Shown here in pieces: positions 42,701 through 54,372 of a DNA stretch of 64,000 bases. The stretch is from contig OU015570.1 in assembly GCA_907165135.1 (NCBI GenBank), positions 2,852,376 to 2,916,375 on the forward strand. The letters are read 5' to 3'. Made by a program: the position numbers and the translations under genes. The notes under the pieces are model-generated. The model ran no database searches, was not told the origin of the DNA, and saw only the letters and a list, made by a program, of their open reading frames with translations. The first letter of the stretch is position 1, and each line of letters starts with the position of its first letter. The DNA comes from Oikopleura dioica. Its lineage: Eukaryota > Animalia > Chordata.

Positions 42701-44435
42701 GTAGCGCTATTGAAGCAAAATTTTTGATAAATCGTCTATGGTAATTAAGAAGTCCAAAAAGACTTTGTGCACTTTCTTTAGACGAAGGAATTTTAAGGTT
42801 TTCTATCGCTTGGATCTTATCTTTTGATGGAGAAATCTCACCATTAGAAATAAAATAACCGCAAAACGAAACAGAGCGAGTGAAAAATGAAGCTTTGCGA
42901 GAATGAATCCGTAAATTATTAGCATCAAGGATATGAAAAAATTTTTTAAGATTAACGAGATGCTCTTCTTCAGTTCTACTATGAATAAGCAAATCATCCA
43001 TGTAGGCTAAGATCTTCGTTTTGTCAACATCTTTTAATGCTTTATCCATGATTCTCATAAAAAAACTTGGAGCATTTCTGCAGCCCATAGGCATCCGTAA
43101 AAATCGAAACTGGCCATACTCGTTAGAAAATGCAGTTTTATTTTTAGATTCCTCCGTTAACTCTATCTGATGAAATCCTTTGATTAAGTCAACAGAGCTA
43201 AAAATTCTACTTTTTTCTAAATAAGATAGGGAATCCTCTAAATTGGGCAAGGGATAATGCATTTGTATAGTAACGTCGTTTAATTTGCGAAAATCAATTA
43301 CAAGACGAAAGCTACCGTCTTTCTTTCTGACCAAAATTGATGGCGAATTCCAAGGGCTTGAACAACGCTCTATAAATTTATTCCCCATAAATTTATCTAA
43401 TAGATTCTTCATTTCTTTGCGCAAACTAAACGCCGTTCTATATGGGGCCGACGAAATCGGATGCTCTGTATTTGTGTCAATGGAAAATTTTTCAATAGTA
43501 CAAGCAGGTAAAGGGTCATCATCATCAAGAAATAAATGCGTTACATTATCAAGAAGGGAGTAAAAATCATTTTTTACTTTTGGCGAATTAATTTTTCCGA
43601 CGGAAATATTCTCAAGATTTTTATTCCGAGAATTTGTGATTCTTGCGCATTCAACAATCTCATGCAATTTTACAAAAGTTGTACCAGCTGGGATCCTTAT
43701 TGTAGTGTCCGTGGGGTTGATAACAAGTAAACGAAAAAATGGGGACTTTTTATCAACAATTTGAAAGCTTGGAATTAATTGCAATTTTGAATTTCCGAGG
43801 TTCGATTCATCAAATGACAACCCCATTGACCGGTTTATATCGTTTACTTTCAAATCAATTATATTTTCAGAATTTGGCCTAAACGAAAATGTTTGAGAGG
43901 AAAATGCTGCATACTCGTCATCTATTTTCTTATCAGCTGAATCGTCACTTAATTTATCATCCGAATGAATTAGATTGAGTTTTGCGAATCGTTCAATCGG
44001 ACCCGCTTTCATTACTTTTCGTCGATTAAGATTTATCAACATTTCTAAATCCATTATTGCTGGGACTCCTAAAATTGGGCTCAAATGATCAGAAACAACA
44101 TAGAACCATGATTTGCCCCACGATTGGTTTTCGATGACTAAATCCGCCTCGACTTTTCCGAAAATTTCAATTTTTCCGCCGGAATAATTAACAGCTTCTG
44201 TTTTTGTTTTTATCATTTTTATGTTTTTTGGAATATTTTTCTTACAAATAATATTAAGTTGTGAACCAGTATCTAGTAAAAAACGAATGGGTGAACCGAA
44301 AATATGAACAGTTATATAAAATTGTTCTCCTATTTTATTTACAGAGATTTTTGGGACTGAAATTTGACCAGAACTTAGCCCAAAATCTAGTTTTTTGACT
44401 CTCCAGAATTTTTGTTTTCCCGGCGCTTGAAACAA
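39792..44435 (-). CDS. pol: Intact Pol of element B, 1547 aa
   Basis: LLDTGS, RLVIDFRKLN, YMDD, LETDAS, HDYCH…CSFC, FDLIT/ILDNA/GQVENYNRTLK, GPF and a long C-terminal extension. Confidence 0.95.
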   Translation of the reverse strand: MFQAPGKQKFWRVKKLDFGLSSGQISVPKISVNKIGEQFYITVHIFGSPIRFLLDTGSQLNIICKKNIPKNIKMIKTKTEAVNYSGGKIEIFGKVEADLVIENQSWGKSWFYVVSDHLSPILGVPAIMDLEMLINLNRRKVMKAGPIERFAKLNLIHSDDKLSDDSADKKIDDEYAAFSSQTFSFRPNSENIIDLKVNDINRSMGLSFDESNLGNSKLQLIPSFQIVDKKSPFFRLLVINPTDTTIRIPAGTTFVKLHEIVECARITNSRNKNLENISVGKINSPKVKNDFYSLLDNVTHLFLDDDDPLPACTIEKFSIDTNTEHPISSAPYRTAFSLRKEMKNLLDKFMGNKFIERCSSPWNSPSILVRKKDGSFRLVIDFRKLNDVTIQMHYPLPNLEDSLSYLEKSRIFSSVDLIKGFHQIELTEESKNKTAFSNEYGQFRFLRMPMGCRNAPSFFMRIMDKALKDVDKTKILAYMDDLLIHSRTEEEHLVNLKKFFHILDANNLRIHSRKASFFTRSVSFCGYFISNGEISPSKDKIQAIENLKIPSSKESAQSLFGLLNYHRRFIKNFASIALPITKTYRNNFQWTNEATNALMILKRIICENALKLKIPPTDMGVYVLETDASSFGYGGVLYICEKKCRDESHHHSSECLIPVSYNSGNFNETQSKYTIIEKELFSAKTCMSKWSIYLSYTEFDWITDNSNIKYIRTLRTNNQKIARWITEIQGFSFRILQKPSSKMKISDCLSRGTQNSTKIAINSIKFTQEQFCDIQKLDPVLREIRNYLNIDRWPNNPKGDINFYSFLRDKLTFLNTGEIVYCDESGNRRLLVPKSIENEIIKNYHDYCHAGIDQVFSKISSKYIWPQMRKGIKEFIRTCSFCQKDKPNFHPNKAPILTFKTPDGPFEVFGFDLITLPPTDFGHRYVMVMIDFFSKFGYCEPLKSRNSKYLLEKFKNVILKNPYFPKMVILDNAGEHSEMAKFMKENKIEPHFTPPRHPSTNGQVENYNRTLKSRLRARCDLKNWDLFLQEVVHDLNTSEHSVTKTSPFSLQFRCKNPHDIFDSNFRNYNEKADIDFKSIKNLIDEEKQIRLDKFSNPKFLPFKVGEKVLIKNFASKKPAFLGPFEITSKSSEGTWYTIKSDDREFRRHADHLKKFNERLVNTGEHDLSSDFHGVENNIFEPISTPKIVEFFSCLETSNYLVASQDEETQNRLDNCVNIFVEGVFDNVFTDLFIEAIESTESSDEEGSFVSIIENSVANESSDISAIDKIPKPHDFKPNEPILTSDSEWEFEDNSHWEVTLDSEIEADTVQNEDKEENFEYLVSYDKLDISANRESSEGSQNERKRERESSKDSNPSAKVPNLNIGEIEGSEIDVIDCSEMNCEQNFNISIAFKFENEDKDFFENIEARMEEIKEDMIFENGCILKLGELTKEALRFILHKFEVFYLTTENVGQLRIKVREHIRKNHPYWRKSNSGEYLFFSILNLKKVKTLYDLSKPELKVLIAEYNLPKTVLQNKTEMINFIKNAFDNLYPNHPKKNNELIFGPNI

Positions 44436-45446
44436 TATCTCGCAATGTGCCCAAATTTATCACACTCATAACATTTTATCTTGGGGCATCTTGGTTTGGT
44501 ATGGCCCCACTGGTTGCAATTTCGGCAAAAAGGATTAGACTGGGGATTTTGAGAAATTCCAAAGGGGAAGGGGGGAATAAAATTTTGTGGAGTTGGTGAT
44601 GGCGCCGGCCGGCTAAACTCTTCCTTTTTCTCGAGCTCGAGCTTTGCGACAGTAGCAGTCAATTGCTGAATTATTTCCGAAAGTTCAGAATTTTTGCGCT
44701 CATAATTAGACTCCATCTGAGCCAATCTTGAATCCAAAATTTCACTTGTCTTATCGACGAAAGCGGCTAAGTTAGCCGACTCAATCGATGAAACGTTGAC
44801 ATTCAAGAAACGCTCACGTGAATCCAAGAAGGATGCTACTTCCGTTGCGCTCTTTCGATTATACCCATGATCTCTCAAAAATGCTTTATTTGCTGGCTCG
44901 AGGTTTTTCATAAAATGCGCGTCCGTGATAAAAGAAACTGCGTCCTCTTTATCAGAAATTAATTCCGCAACTGAGCGAATTCTAGTCAGAAATGATGCAA
45001 ATTTTTCATTCATATCAGATCTTCGCGTCATGTTTTCGAGTTCAATACCGGCCCGCTCCCGCTTTTCGTCCTCTGTCTCGGTTCCAAAATTGATTGCAAA
45101 AATCAAAGGCCGCTTTTTCCGTTTCAAAATTAGCCATTTCCCGCCCATAATTGCAAAGAAATTCTTGTGAACAATTGTTACGAATGCAGTCAACTGCCTG
45201 CCTTTCGAATGATTTTTCGAGGTCCGATCTATCAGACTCTCTATTGTGATCTTTAATACTCTTGCTAAAAATCTTTTTCATCGCCGAAATTTTGTCTTGT
45301 AAATTATTTTTTGAAATTGAAAATTCATACGAGAGCATATTTGGTCGAAAATATTGCCTAGGATTAAGGGAAGGAAATGAACTAAATAAAAAATCTTCGG
45401 GCAATTTTGATACCTTGAAGGTGGACTCGCCGCTTGTGGTCGTCAT
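44387..45446 (-). CDS. gag: Gag of element B (two CCHC knuckles; one T-run frameshift near 45100)
   Basis: ATG at 45446. CRNCNQWGHTKPRC and CYECDKFGHIARYC. Ends GAG TCA AAA AAC TAG. Confidence 0.85.
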
Positions 45447-46460
45447 GATGCAGATAAGCTCTCTAATCTAATTTCTCCTGCAAAAGATGAGGCCGAATTT
45501 TACGAAACGTGGCTTTTTATTATTTTGGTTATGAAGAGAGTGATTTTCAAAATTTCAATTTTCAGAGCGACTCTCGCGCAGGTGCATTTTATGTCCAAAT
45601 AAGGCGATTTTCGCATTTCGCGAAATTGTTTTCAAATTGTGACGCAGCGCTTTCGCGCTTTTGTTTTCTTCGTTGTTTTCATCTTCGCATTATGTAATAG
45701 CCACGCTCGTATTTATTTTTATTATCAAAATTAATCATATTAAAGGGATCAACTTCCCACTATGTGGCCATATCACCCTTTAATAGAATTTTAATACTTT
45801 AATTTTTTATCCAAGTCCAGTATCCAATTCGTTGTCAGTCCAGTGCGTTGTCGTTGTCGTAGTCGTAATAGGAGAAGTCGCCGCCATTGTTGAAGCTGCA
45901 GTTTTGTCGGTTTTGAGGAAAAGTGGTCAGCTGTCCTAAAGCGAGCCAAAAAAGTGTTCAATCAACTTTGCCTACCAGGAGCACTTACAGACACCGCCAT
46001 CCCGCAGGGCACGGGGACACAGTGTCAAGCCGCAAAGAGCGGAACTCAGCTAGTGGATGAAATTCATGCAACAGCTCCGTAGAAATCATGGAAGAGTACC
46101 AATCGTTGAAGTAGTCGAAATAGCAATTTGATAAAGTTGCGTCGAAGTCAGCAAATACAGCTTGATTCATCAATAATATTTACCAGACAAAAGAAGGGAT
46201 GAAAAGTGAGAACTAGAATGAATTAAAGAAAACCGCCGAAACGGGTGGCTAAGGTGCCTTCAGAAATGTGAAATAACGCGTACGTTATAAGAAAATAATA
46301 TGATTGATTTTTTTTTTCATGCGCAGGAGATTTGGCTCCAAAAATCTCCGAAATTTTAACTTGTGAAAAACATGCAAAATCAACCCTATTGGCGAAAATC
46401 TGGCCGTGATTGGAATATTCAATTTTTATTTTTTCTGTCCTTTTTCTTTGTTCGTATTAG

Positions 46461-47666
46461 TGATATCCTTAGGGAACAACGCCTCAAGCCAAATAAAAAA
46501 TTTTTATTTCACGGCCAAATATTTACGCCAATTCGGTTCTACGTTAGTTTAAATTTGTCTTGTCAGCTTGGTATCACCAAATTGATCAGACATATTTGCA
46601 AAAATCATTTCACGATATTCTACTTAAAATGAAAAGATGGTCAGTTTTAACGAGCCAGATTGACCCAAAATTGTCTTATCATCATGTCATCTCCTTACGA
46701 TCTATACGTTCTATCATTGGAATGCTCATATGCTCTCATCATAATACTTTTCTAGTGCAATCTGATGTCAATTCATCCAAAAATATGCTATTTGCAAAAC
46801 TGCATGTTTAATCTATTTATCGATATTTCTTATCATTGCTTTGCGATTTTTAAAGTTCGATTATTGACAGTGCATACGATTCAACTTCTACAACAAGAAA
46901 GTCGTCAACATCTTCTTCAACAACAACTACTCCAACGAGCCGATAAACCGTCGTATCATCTCGGTGCCGTGGGGTCGGACAAACTCTATGTCAGGGCGTC
47001 CGCTTGTCGCAAATTAGCTCATCCGTAAGAGAAGATACGGTGCGAACCGCGACAGTAACTTCCCCCGGGTATGTTCCTTGGAATTTGCTTCTTCTGTGAT
47101 TTCAATTTTGATAAATTCATTTTATAAAATCCTGACCAAATTTTATTCAATTTATTTGTTAAAATTTTGTATATATTCTTTTTACTTTTCTCATCCTTTT
47201 TTTATTTCAACCATAATTAACAGTCACTTCTACGGTCACATAGTGAGAAGTTTAAGTGGCTGTTATTATTTTCTGCTTTTATTTTGAAAAAATTAATTTG
47301 CGTTTTATCTCGTCACTCGCGGCGCCGGCTCCCGAAACCTTTGAAAATAACTTGCTTGGCAAGTTCGATCAGCTCGTCTTCCGAAAAGAAATCGATCCGA
47401 AAGGATTTCCCGCAAGAAAAACCGCTAAAGAAAGCCACGGGCTCTCTTCCTTGTTTTCAAAAGAAAAATTGTTTTTCAAAAACAACCGCTTGTTCAAAAA
47501 CACTGATCAAATCTCGCTGCTATTTAACCCCGCGTCGCGCCTTTTTCAGTCATTCAAATCACAAATAAAACCACGCAAATTTAAAATTTGATTCTCGTTA
47601 TTTTGGCTTGGCATTCTAGAGTTAGAGATCGAGCAAAATTCTTGCAGGACAGCCGCTTCCGTATCA
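46461..47666 (+). repeat. 3' LTR of element A
   Basis: Copy of 31889-33092 with a few substitutions and homopolymer differences, followed by TSD CAAAC. Confidence 0.95.
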
Positions 47667-49579
47667 CAAACCGCGAAAATACGAGAAAAATATTTTTTAA
47701 TTTTTTTGAGCTTATTATCGCCTTAAATGCCAAAAAACGGGTCAAAACCTGTTCTTAAAGCCGTTTTTTTCATTTAGCGGATTCACAGTCAAAAAATAAA
47801 AAAAATATTTAAACCCGTTATCTTGCGTTATCAGGAGATTTTAAGTCAATTTGATATCGAAAGCAAAATGTCCTAAGAATGTCTCTCAACTGCTAGAATG
47901 CAAATCACATGCGATAAAATAGAAACTCAATTTTTAATTAAAACGATGTGGCGGTGGATGTATTTGTGGAAAGAATGATTTTTCGAAAGCAGAAATTTTT
48001 GAAATTTCATATGCAGATGTTTTTCAATAACAATAACATTTCCATAAAAGGAAAATTTCGCGTCCTCGTTGTTTTTCATTCGCAGCGCGCATTACGCGCG
48101 ATTGTTTTTCTTTCCCAAATGCTCCAAATAACCGCACCAAACACCACCAAATCGCTTCTTTTCTTATCACTGCAACTCAAGATTCTCACTATGTGACCTC
48201 AAGAATTGACAGTAATTTCCAGTTTTAGTCCAGATCTAAATTCGTCGTCGTTTCCATAGCAAGTTTCGTTGTCCAAGTGGTAGTTGTTGTAGTTGTTGTC
48301 ATCACCGTCGTCCGAAATGGCCGTTGTGTAGTTGCGTAACAAGCTCAAAAGTTTGGATTACCTAGAGGCGCTCATTTCCGCGGTTGACCGTTTTGGCATT
48401 TTCTTGCCCGGGCACTTTGCGGAAAGCCGGACATAAACCACCAATTTTAGTAAGAGCAATAATTCAAGTGAAGACATAGAAGAGAACCAAGTTGTCGGCG
48501 TCGTAGAAGCAAAATCCGTCGATTATTAATTTACCTTTTTGTACTGTCAATAATTATGAACAAATAGTGATTTTTAACTAGAGCTTTGTCATCCTTTTTC
48601 ATGCAATAAGAAATAATGAAAGAAAACGGTAGACGCTTGTTATGTCCCCGAATTTCCCGAATGTCCCCGAATGTCCCCGAATGTCCCCGAATGTCCCCGA
48701 ATGTCCCCGAATGTCCCGAATGTCCCCGAATGTCCCCGAATGTCCCCGAATGTCCCGAATGTCCCGAATGTCTGCAATCAGGACTAGACTAGACCGACAG
48801 GACTAGAGTTTGTATCAATGTCTCCGTCGGATCATGCAAAAATAGTGCAAAATAAGAACTCAATAAAAACTTTACCTTACTAACCCTAACGTTATTGTTT
48901 TCGCAAAATGTCAAAAAGAAGGAAGCGCTCCGCGCAATTTGTGGTAGAAAACTCATTGAATTTAGCAAAATAATCGTCTCTAGAACAAAATTATTATGAA
49001 AAAATCTGTTTTTCCTTATGAAAAGGTTTTTCTTTTTTTGGCCTTTTATATAAAAAGTCGGGGACATTGGAGACATTCTGGACATTCGGGACATTCGGGG
49101 ACATAACAAGGGCGTTCCAAGAAAACCTGCCTTAGACACCGACAGGACTAGAGTTTGTATCAATGTCTCCGTCGGATCATGCAAAAATAGTGCAAAATAA
49201 GAACTCAATAAAAACTTTACCTTACTAACCCTAACGTTATTGTTTTCGCAAAATGTCAAAAGAAGGAAGCGCTCCGCGCAATTTGTGGTAGAAAACTCAT
49301 TGAATTTAGCAAAATAATCGTCTCTAGAACAAAATTATTATGAAAAAATCTGTTTTTCCTTATGAAAAGGTTTTTCTTTTTTGGCCTTTTTATATAAAAA
49401 GTCGGGGACATTGGAGACATTCTGGACATTCGGGACATTCGGGGACATAACAAGGGCGTTCCAAGAAAACCTGCCTTAGTTGAGATGATGTGAACACACG
49501 CGAACGTGCCAAAATAACAAAATAAACAGATGTATATTTTCCCCAAATTAATTTTGTTTTGTCAATAATCCCTAATTCA

Positions 49580-52500
49580 AATTTCCGCCTTTGAGCCAAA
49601 ATGCTTTAATTTTACCATTAACAACTGCAATTTTTGCGAATATGGGTTGAGATAGAGAAAATACTCATACAGGGTGTTTTGCTCAGAATTTCATGAATAT
49701 TCAGAAGAAATGGTCAACAACCGATTCTTAGACTTGACCGTGTACGGGGACTCTACCCCTAGAATGCTTTAATTATCGTTTTTAAGAAAATTTTCCTGAA
49801 ATCGTCGATTAATAATCCCCTAACCCTTACCCTAACCCTTACCCTCAAATTCACAGTTTTTCGGCCTAATTTTAACCAGAAAACCTTGGATATCTCGAGT
49901 TCCCCAAGTTTTCCCGACCCGGCAAACTACTTGAAAGAAGCGCAAGGCTTCATTCTGTAAGAGTCTAGTCTCAGATCTGGGGAGAATCGAAGTAAACTAC
50001 AGAAAAAATTAAATGATTGATAAAAAATAACGTCAATTTTTGATTTTTCTCAAAAAAGGCCATTTTTTTTCGCTAAAAATTCTTAGATAGAGCCCGAACC
50101 AATACTGCTAATTAAAGCTCAGACTCTCAGCTTTATATTTATATCAAATATAAGGAGTTTTGAGAGGTTTTCTTTGTTTATTTTTTCGGTTAAGCAATGA
50201 GACCCCGAAAAAGAGCCATTTTTATCAAAAATTCCCTCTAAAATTTTTTGGCTGAGTTTAAGGGTGTGGTTATATGGAGACTTTTGGGTTTTAGAACATG
50301 GGGAATCAGAAAAACATACTCGCTCGCGACTTCAAGATTTCATGGCGAGCCTAACGGTCCGTTAGAGGTTAAAGTCAATTTAACCTGTTCTTTTTCCCGT
50401 TTTTGCACTATAAGCTGATGTTTAGTCCAAAAATACAAAAACTGTTTTCAATCTGAAAACGCAGAAAAGCAGGTTAAAATATTTTTTGAATTTTTGCACT
50501 CAGTAACACCTGAAAACGAAAAAAAACGGGTCACAATCATTTTGCGATAAAAATGGATTCAAAATGACCTACAAACGCCAAAAACGAGTTTGAATATATT
50601 TTTCAAAAAATAGTTTTCAGGTGATAATAAGTCCAAGAAATTCAAAGAAATATTAAAGCCTGTTTTTCGAATTTCCGCCTATGTTGCTGTCAAAAAGGGT
50701 CAATTTTCTTTTGGACTGCAAATCAGCATCAAACGAAAAAACATGGGTAAAAATATTTTCTAGATTTTTGGAATGCAATTTAGCTTAAATTGCGTAAAAG
50801 CGGGTTTAAATATTTTTTGAATTTTTACCCTATGCGTGACACGGATGCACTGCGTGCACGGTTTAAAGTTGATAATAAGTCCAAGAAATTCAAAAAAATA
50901 TTAAAGCCTGTTTTTTCGAATTTCCGCCTGATTTGCTGTCAAAAAAAGGTCAATTATTTTTTGGACTGCAAATCAGCTCAAAACGCGAGAAAAGGGGATA
51001 AAATATTTTTGGACTTTTTTGACTGCAAATCAGCATCAAACGAAAAAACATGGGTAAAAATATTTTCTAGTTTTTTTGGAATGCAATTTAGCTTAAATTG
51101 CGTAAAAGCGGGTTTAAATATTTATTTCATTTTTACCCTCTGCGTTACACGGATGCACGCTTATGATTTTCTGTCCATTTTAATTGTAAAAATTTTAAAA
51201 TTTACCTCTTTTAGCCAATATGCTTTAATTTTACCATTAACAACTGCAATTTTTGCGAAAATGGGTTGAGATAGAGAAAAACTCATACAGGGTGTTTTGC
51301 TCAGAATTTCATGAATATTCAGAAGAAATGGTCAATAACCGATTCTGAGACTTGACCGTGTACGGGGACCCTACCCCTTTAATGCATTAATTATCTTTTT
51401 AAAAAATTTTCCTGAAATCGTCGATTAATATTTTTATAAAATATATAAACGCTTCGAAATGCATTGAAAACTACTTAAACATTTAACTACTTACTAACTT
51501 TAATAAAAAATACCGAAAAACGCATCGAGATTCTTTTTATCTTCTTGTCTCGCCTTAAAATTCCGCAGCAATCAAATTATCTCTTACACTCTGTGATAAT
51601 TCTCGGTCAATAAACCGTTTCGGTTTGTTGCTTAGATGAGAATAGCGCTAAGGATAATTAAAAAGACAACTGATGACCGGCTCACACAAACAAAGCATGA
51701 CCGAAAAATCATTGTTACTTTTTACACTTATATAAAAGCTCTCGTCGTTTTTTCAAAAATAATAATAATTTGATATTGATAAATAATTTTAAAGACAAAT
51801 TAAGGGTGACGGGAGGTTTTTTAAAAAATTATACATAAACCATAACAAAAAATAAAAACGGGTGAATAAAAATAAATTTGGAAAAGGAAGTGGGAGGGGT
51901 TGGGGACTGGACCGGCCTTTGTCAAGCCCCTTAATTTAAATTTGCCAGGGATGGGGCTGAGACGGCCCGTAGGACCGTCAAGCCCCGTAATTTAAATTTG
52001 CCAGGGATGGGGTTAGTTTAAACTTGCCAGAGTCACGGTCTTCGCCAGTTAGAAATCACACAAAATAATCAAAAATCGATCAGAGTAAAACCGAAAAGTT
52101 TCTTCATTTCACGTCTATAATTCCTAACTTAGTGGGTAAGATCCGTTAATTTTTATTAAGATAAGTGAATTAGGGATTATTGACAAAACAAAATTAATTT
52201 GGGGAAAATATACATCTGTTTATTTTGTTATTTTGGCACGTACGCGTGTGTTCACATCATCTCAACTAAGGCAGGTTTTCTTGGAACGCCCTTGTTATGT
52301 CCCCGAATGTCCCGAATGTCCAGAATGTCTCCAATGTCCCCGACTTTTTATATAAAAAGGCCAAAAAAAAAGAAAAACCTTTTCATAAGGAAAAACAGAT
52401 TTTTTTTCATAATAATTTTGTTCTAGAGACGATTATTTTGCTAAATTCAATGAGTTTTCTACCACAAATTGCGCGGAGCGCTTCCTTCTTTTTGACATTT

Positions 52501-54372
52501 TGCGAAAACAATAACGTTAGGGTTAGTAAGGTAAAGTTTTTATTGAGTTCTTATTTTGCACTATTTTTGCATGATCCGACGGAGACATTGATACAAACTC
52601 TAGTCCTGTCGGTCTAGTCTAGTCCTGATTGCAGACATTCGGGACATTCGGGACATTCGGGGACATTCGGGGACATTCGGGGACATTCGGGACATTCGGG
52701 GACATTCGGGAAATTCGGGGACATAACAAGCGTCTACCGTTTTCTTTCATTATTTCTTATTGCATGAAAAAGGATGACAAAGCTCTAGTTAAAAAATCAC
52801 TATTTGTTCATAATTATTGACAGTACAAAAAGGTAAATTAATAATCGACGGATTTTGCTTCTACGACGCCGACAACTTGGTTCTCTTCTATGTCTTCACT
52901 TGAATTATTGCTCTTACTAGCTAGGCTTCCGGACATAAAATTGGTGGTTTATGTCCGGCTTTCCGCAAAGTGCCCGGGCAAGAAAATGCCAAAACGGTCA
53001 ACCGCGGAAATGAGCGCCTCTAGGTAATCCAAACTTTTGAGCTTGTTACGCAACTACACAACGGCCATTTCGGACGACGGTGATGACAACAACTACAACA
53101 ACTACCACTTGGACAACGAAACTTGCTATGGAAACGACGACGAATTTAGATCTGGACTAAAACTGGAAATTACTGTCAATTCTTGAGGTCACATAGTGAG
53201 AATCTTGAGTTGCAGTGATAAGAAAAGAAGCGATTTGGTGGTGTTTGGTGCGGTTATTTGGAGCATTTGGGAAAGAAAAACAATCGCGCGTAATGCGCGC
53301 TGCGAATGAAAAACAACGAGGACGCGAAATTTTCCTTTTATGGAAATGTTATTGTTATTGAAAAACATCTGCATATGAAATTTCAAAAATTTCTGCTTTC
53401 GAAAAATCATTCTTTCCACAAATACATCCACCGCCACATCGTTTTAATTAAAAATTGAGTTTCTATTTTATCGCATGTGATTTGCATTCTAGCAGTTGAG
53501 AGACATTCTTAGGACATTTTGCTTTCGATATCAAATTGACTTAAAATCTCCTGATAACGCAAGATAACGGGTTTAAATATTTTTTATTTTTTGACTGTGA
53601 ATCCGCTAAATGAAAAAAACGGCTTTAAGAACAGGTTTTGACCCGTTTTTGGCATTTAAGGCGATAATAAGCTCAAAAAATTAAAAATATTTTTCTCGTA
53701 TTTTCGCGGTTTGCAGTCAAAAACATCAAAAAATTAAAATCCGTTTTTGGCGTATCCAGGTGATTTGAAAGCCCTTCACGGCGCAAAATAATTTCGACCC
53801 TTATACTGAAATTTTCATTTGCGTCTCCCAAGCAGAATTCGAGAGCAATCTTTTTTTATAAATTTATACTTTTAGACGGAAAATTGAGAGAATTTTCAAG
53901 AATAACAATAATTTTCGATGAAAAATAGTTTCACCTATCTTCAAAGTCTCCAAAGTAAAAATCGTCAGATAATTTATTTAGTGATGGTTATCGTAAATCG
54001 TGCAAAAATGTGGTCAAAACTTCGTTTTAAGCCAGAATTTTGTTCGCAGCCTCTCTCCTAATCAGCTATGAATGAAAAAACCGGAAAAAATATTTTCTTG
54101 GCCTGCAAATCAGATGAAAGCGCGGAAAAACATGAAAGGGTTAGACTCGCCAAAAAAGTCGATGTCAATTCTCCCCTACGAATTGCGGGGACATTCGGGG
54201 ACATTCGGGACATTCGGGGACATTCGGGGACATTCGGGGACATTCGGGACATTCGGGGACATTCGGGAAATTCGGGGACATAACAAGCGTCTACCGTTTT
54301 CTTTCATTATTTCTTATTGCATGAAAAAGGATGACAAAGCTCTAGTTAAAAAATCACTATTTGTTCATAATT
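49580..54372 (-). repeat. Inverted, rearranged copy of the tandem unit
   Basis: Marker ORFs appear on the opposite strand (53189-53437 vs 23053-23301). Orientation switches at about 49580 and returns to forward at about 54372. Confidence 0.88.
49818..49844 (-). repeat. Short interstitial telomeric tract
   Basis: CCCTAA CCCTTA CCCTAA CCCTTA CCC inserted in ATCCC/TCAAATTC, which is uninterrupted in the other units. Confidence 0.75.

Larger units (their letters stand above)
38713..46459 (-). mobile_element. Ty3/gypsy LTR retrotransposon B nested in A (7747 bp)
   Basis: LTRs 38713-39727 and 45446-46459 (about 1015 bp, identical by eye), 5-bp TSD GTGAT (38708-38712 / 46460-46464), and gag/pol on the minus strand. 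Confidence 0.95.
31889..47666 (+). mobile_element. Ty3/gypsy LTR retrotransposon A (about 8.0 kb net of nested B)
   Basis: TG…CA LTRs at 31889-33092 and 46461-47666, near-identical by eye. 5-bp TSD CAAAC (31884-31888 / 47667-47671). The empty site is seen in other tandem units. gag then PR-RT-RH-IN order. Confidence 0.96.
20177..49579 (+). repeat. Subtelomeric tandem segmental repeat, unit about 4.4-4.7 kb, interrupted by elements A/B (31889-47666)
   Basis: Identical marker ORFs recur at 21929/26626/31028 and 23053/27748/47948. Copies differ mainly in homopolymer length and subrepeat number. A diverged partial copy of several modules lies at about 17520-19790. Confidence 0.92.
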
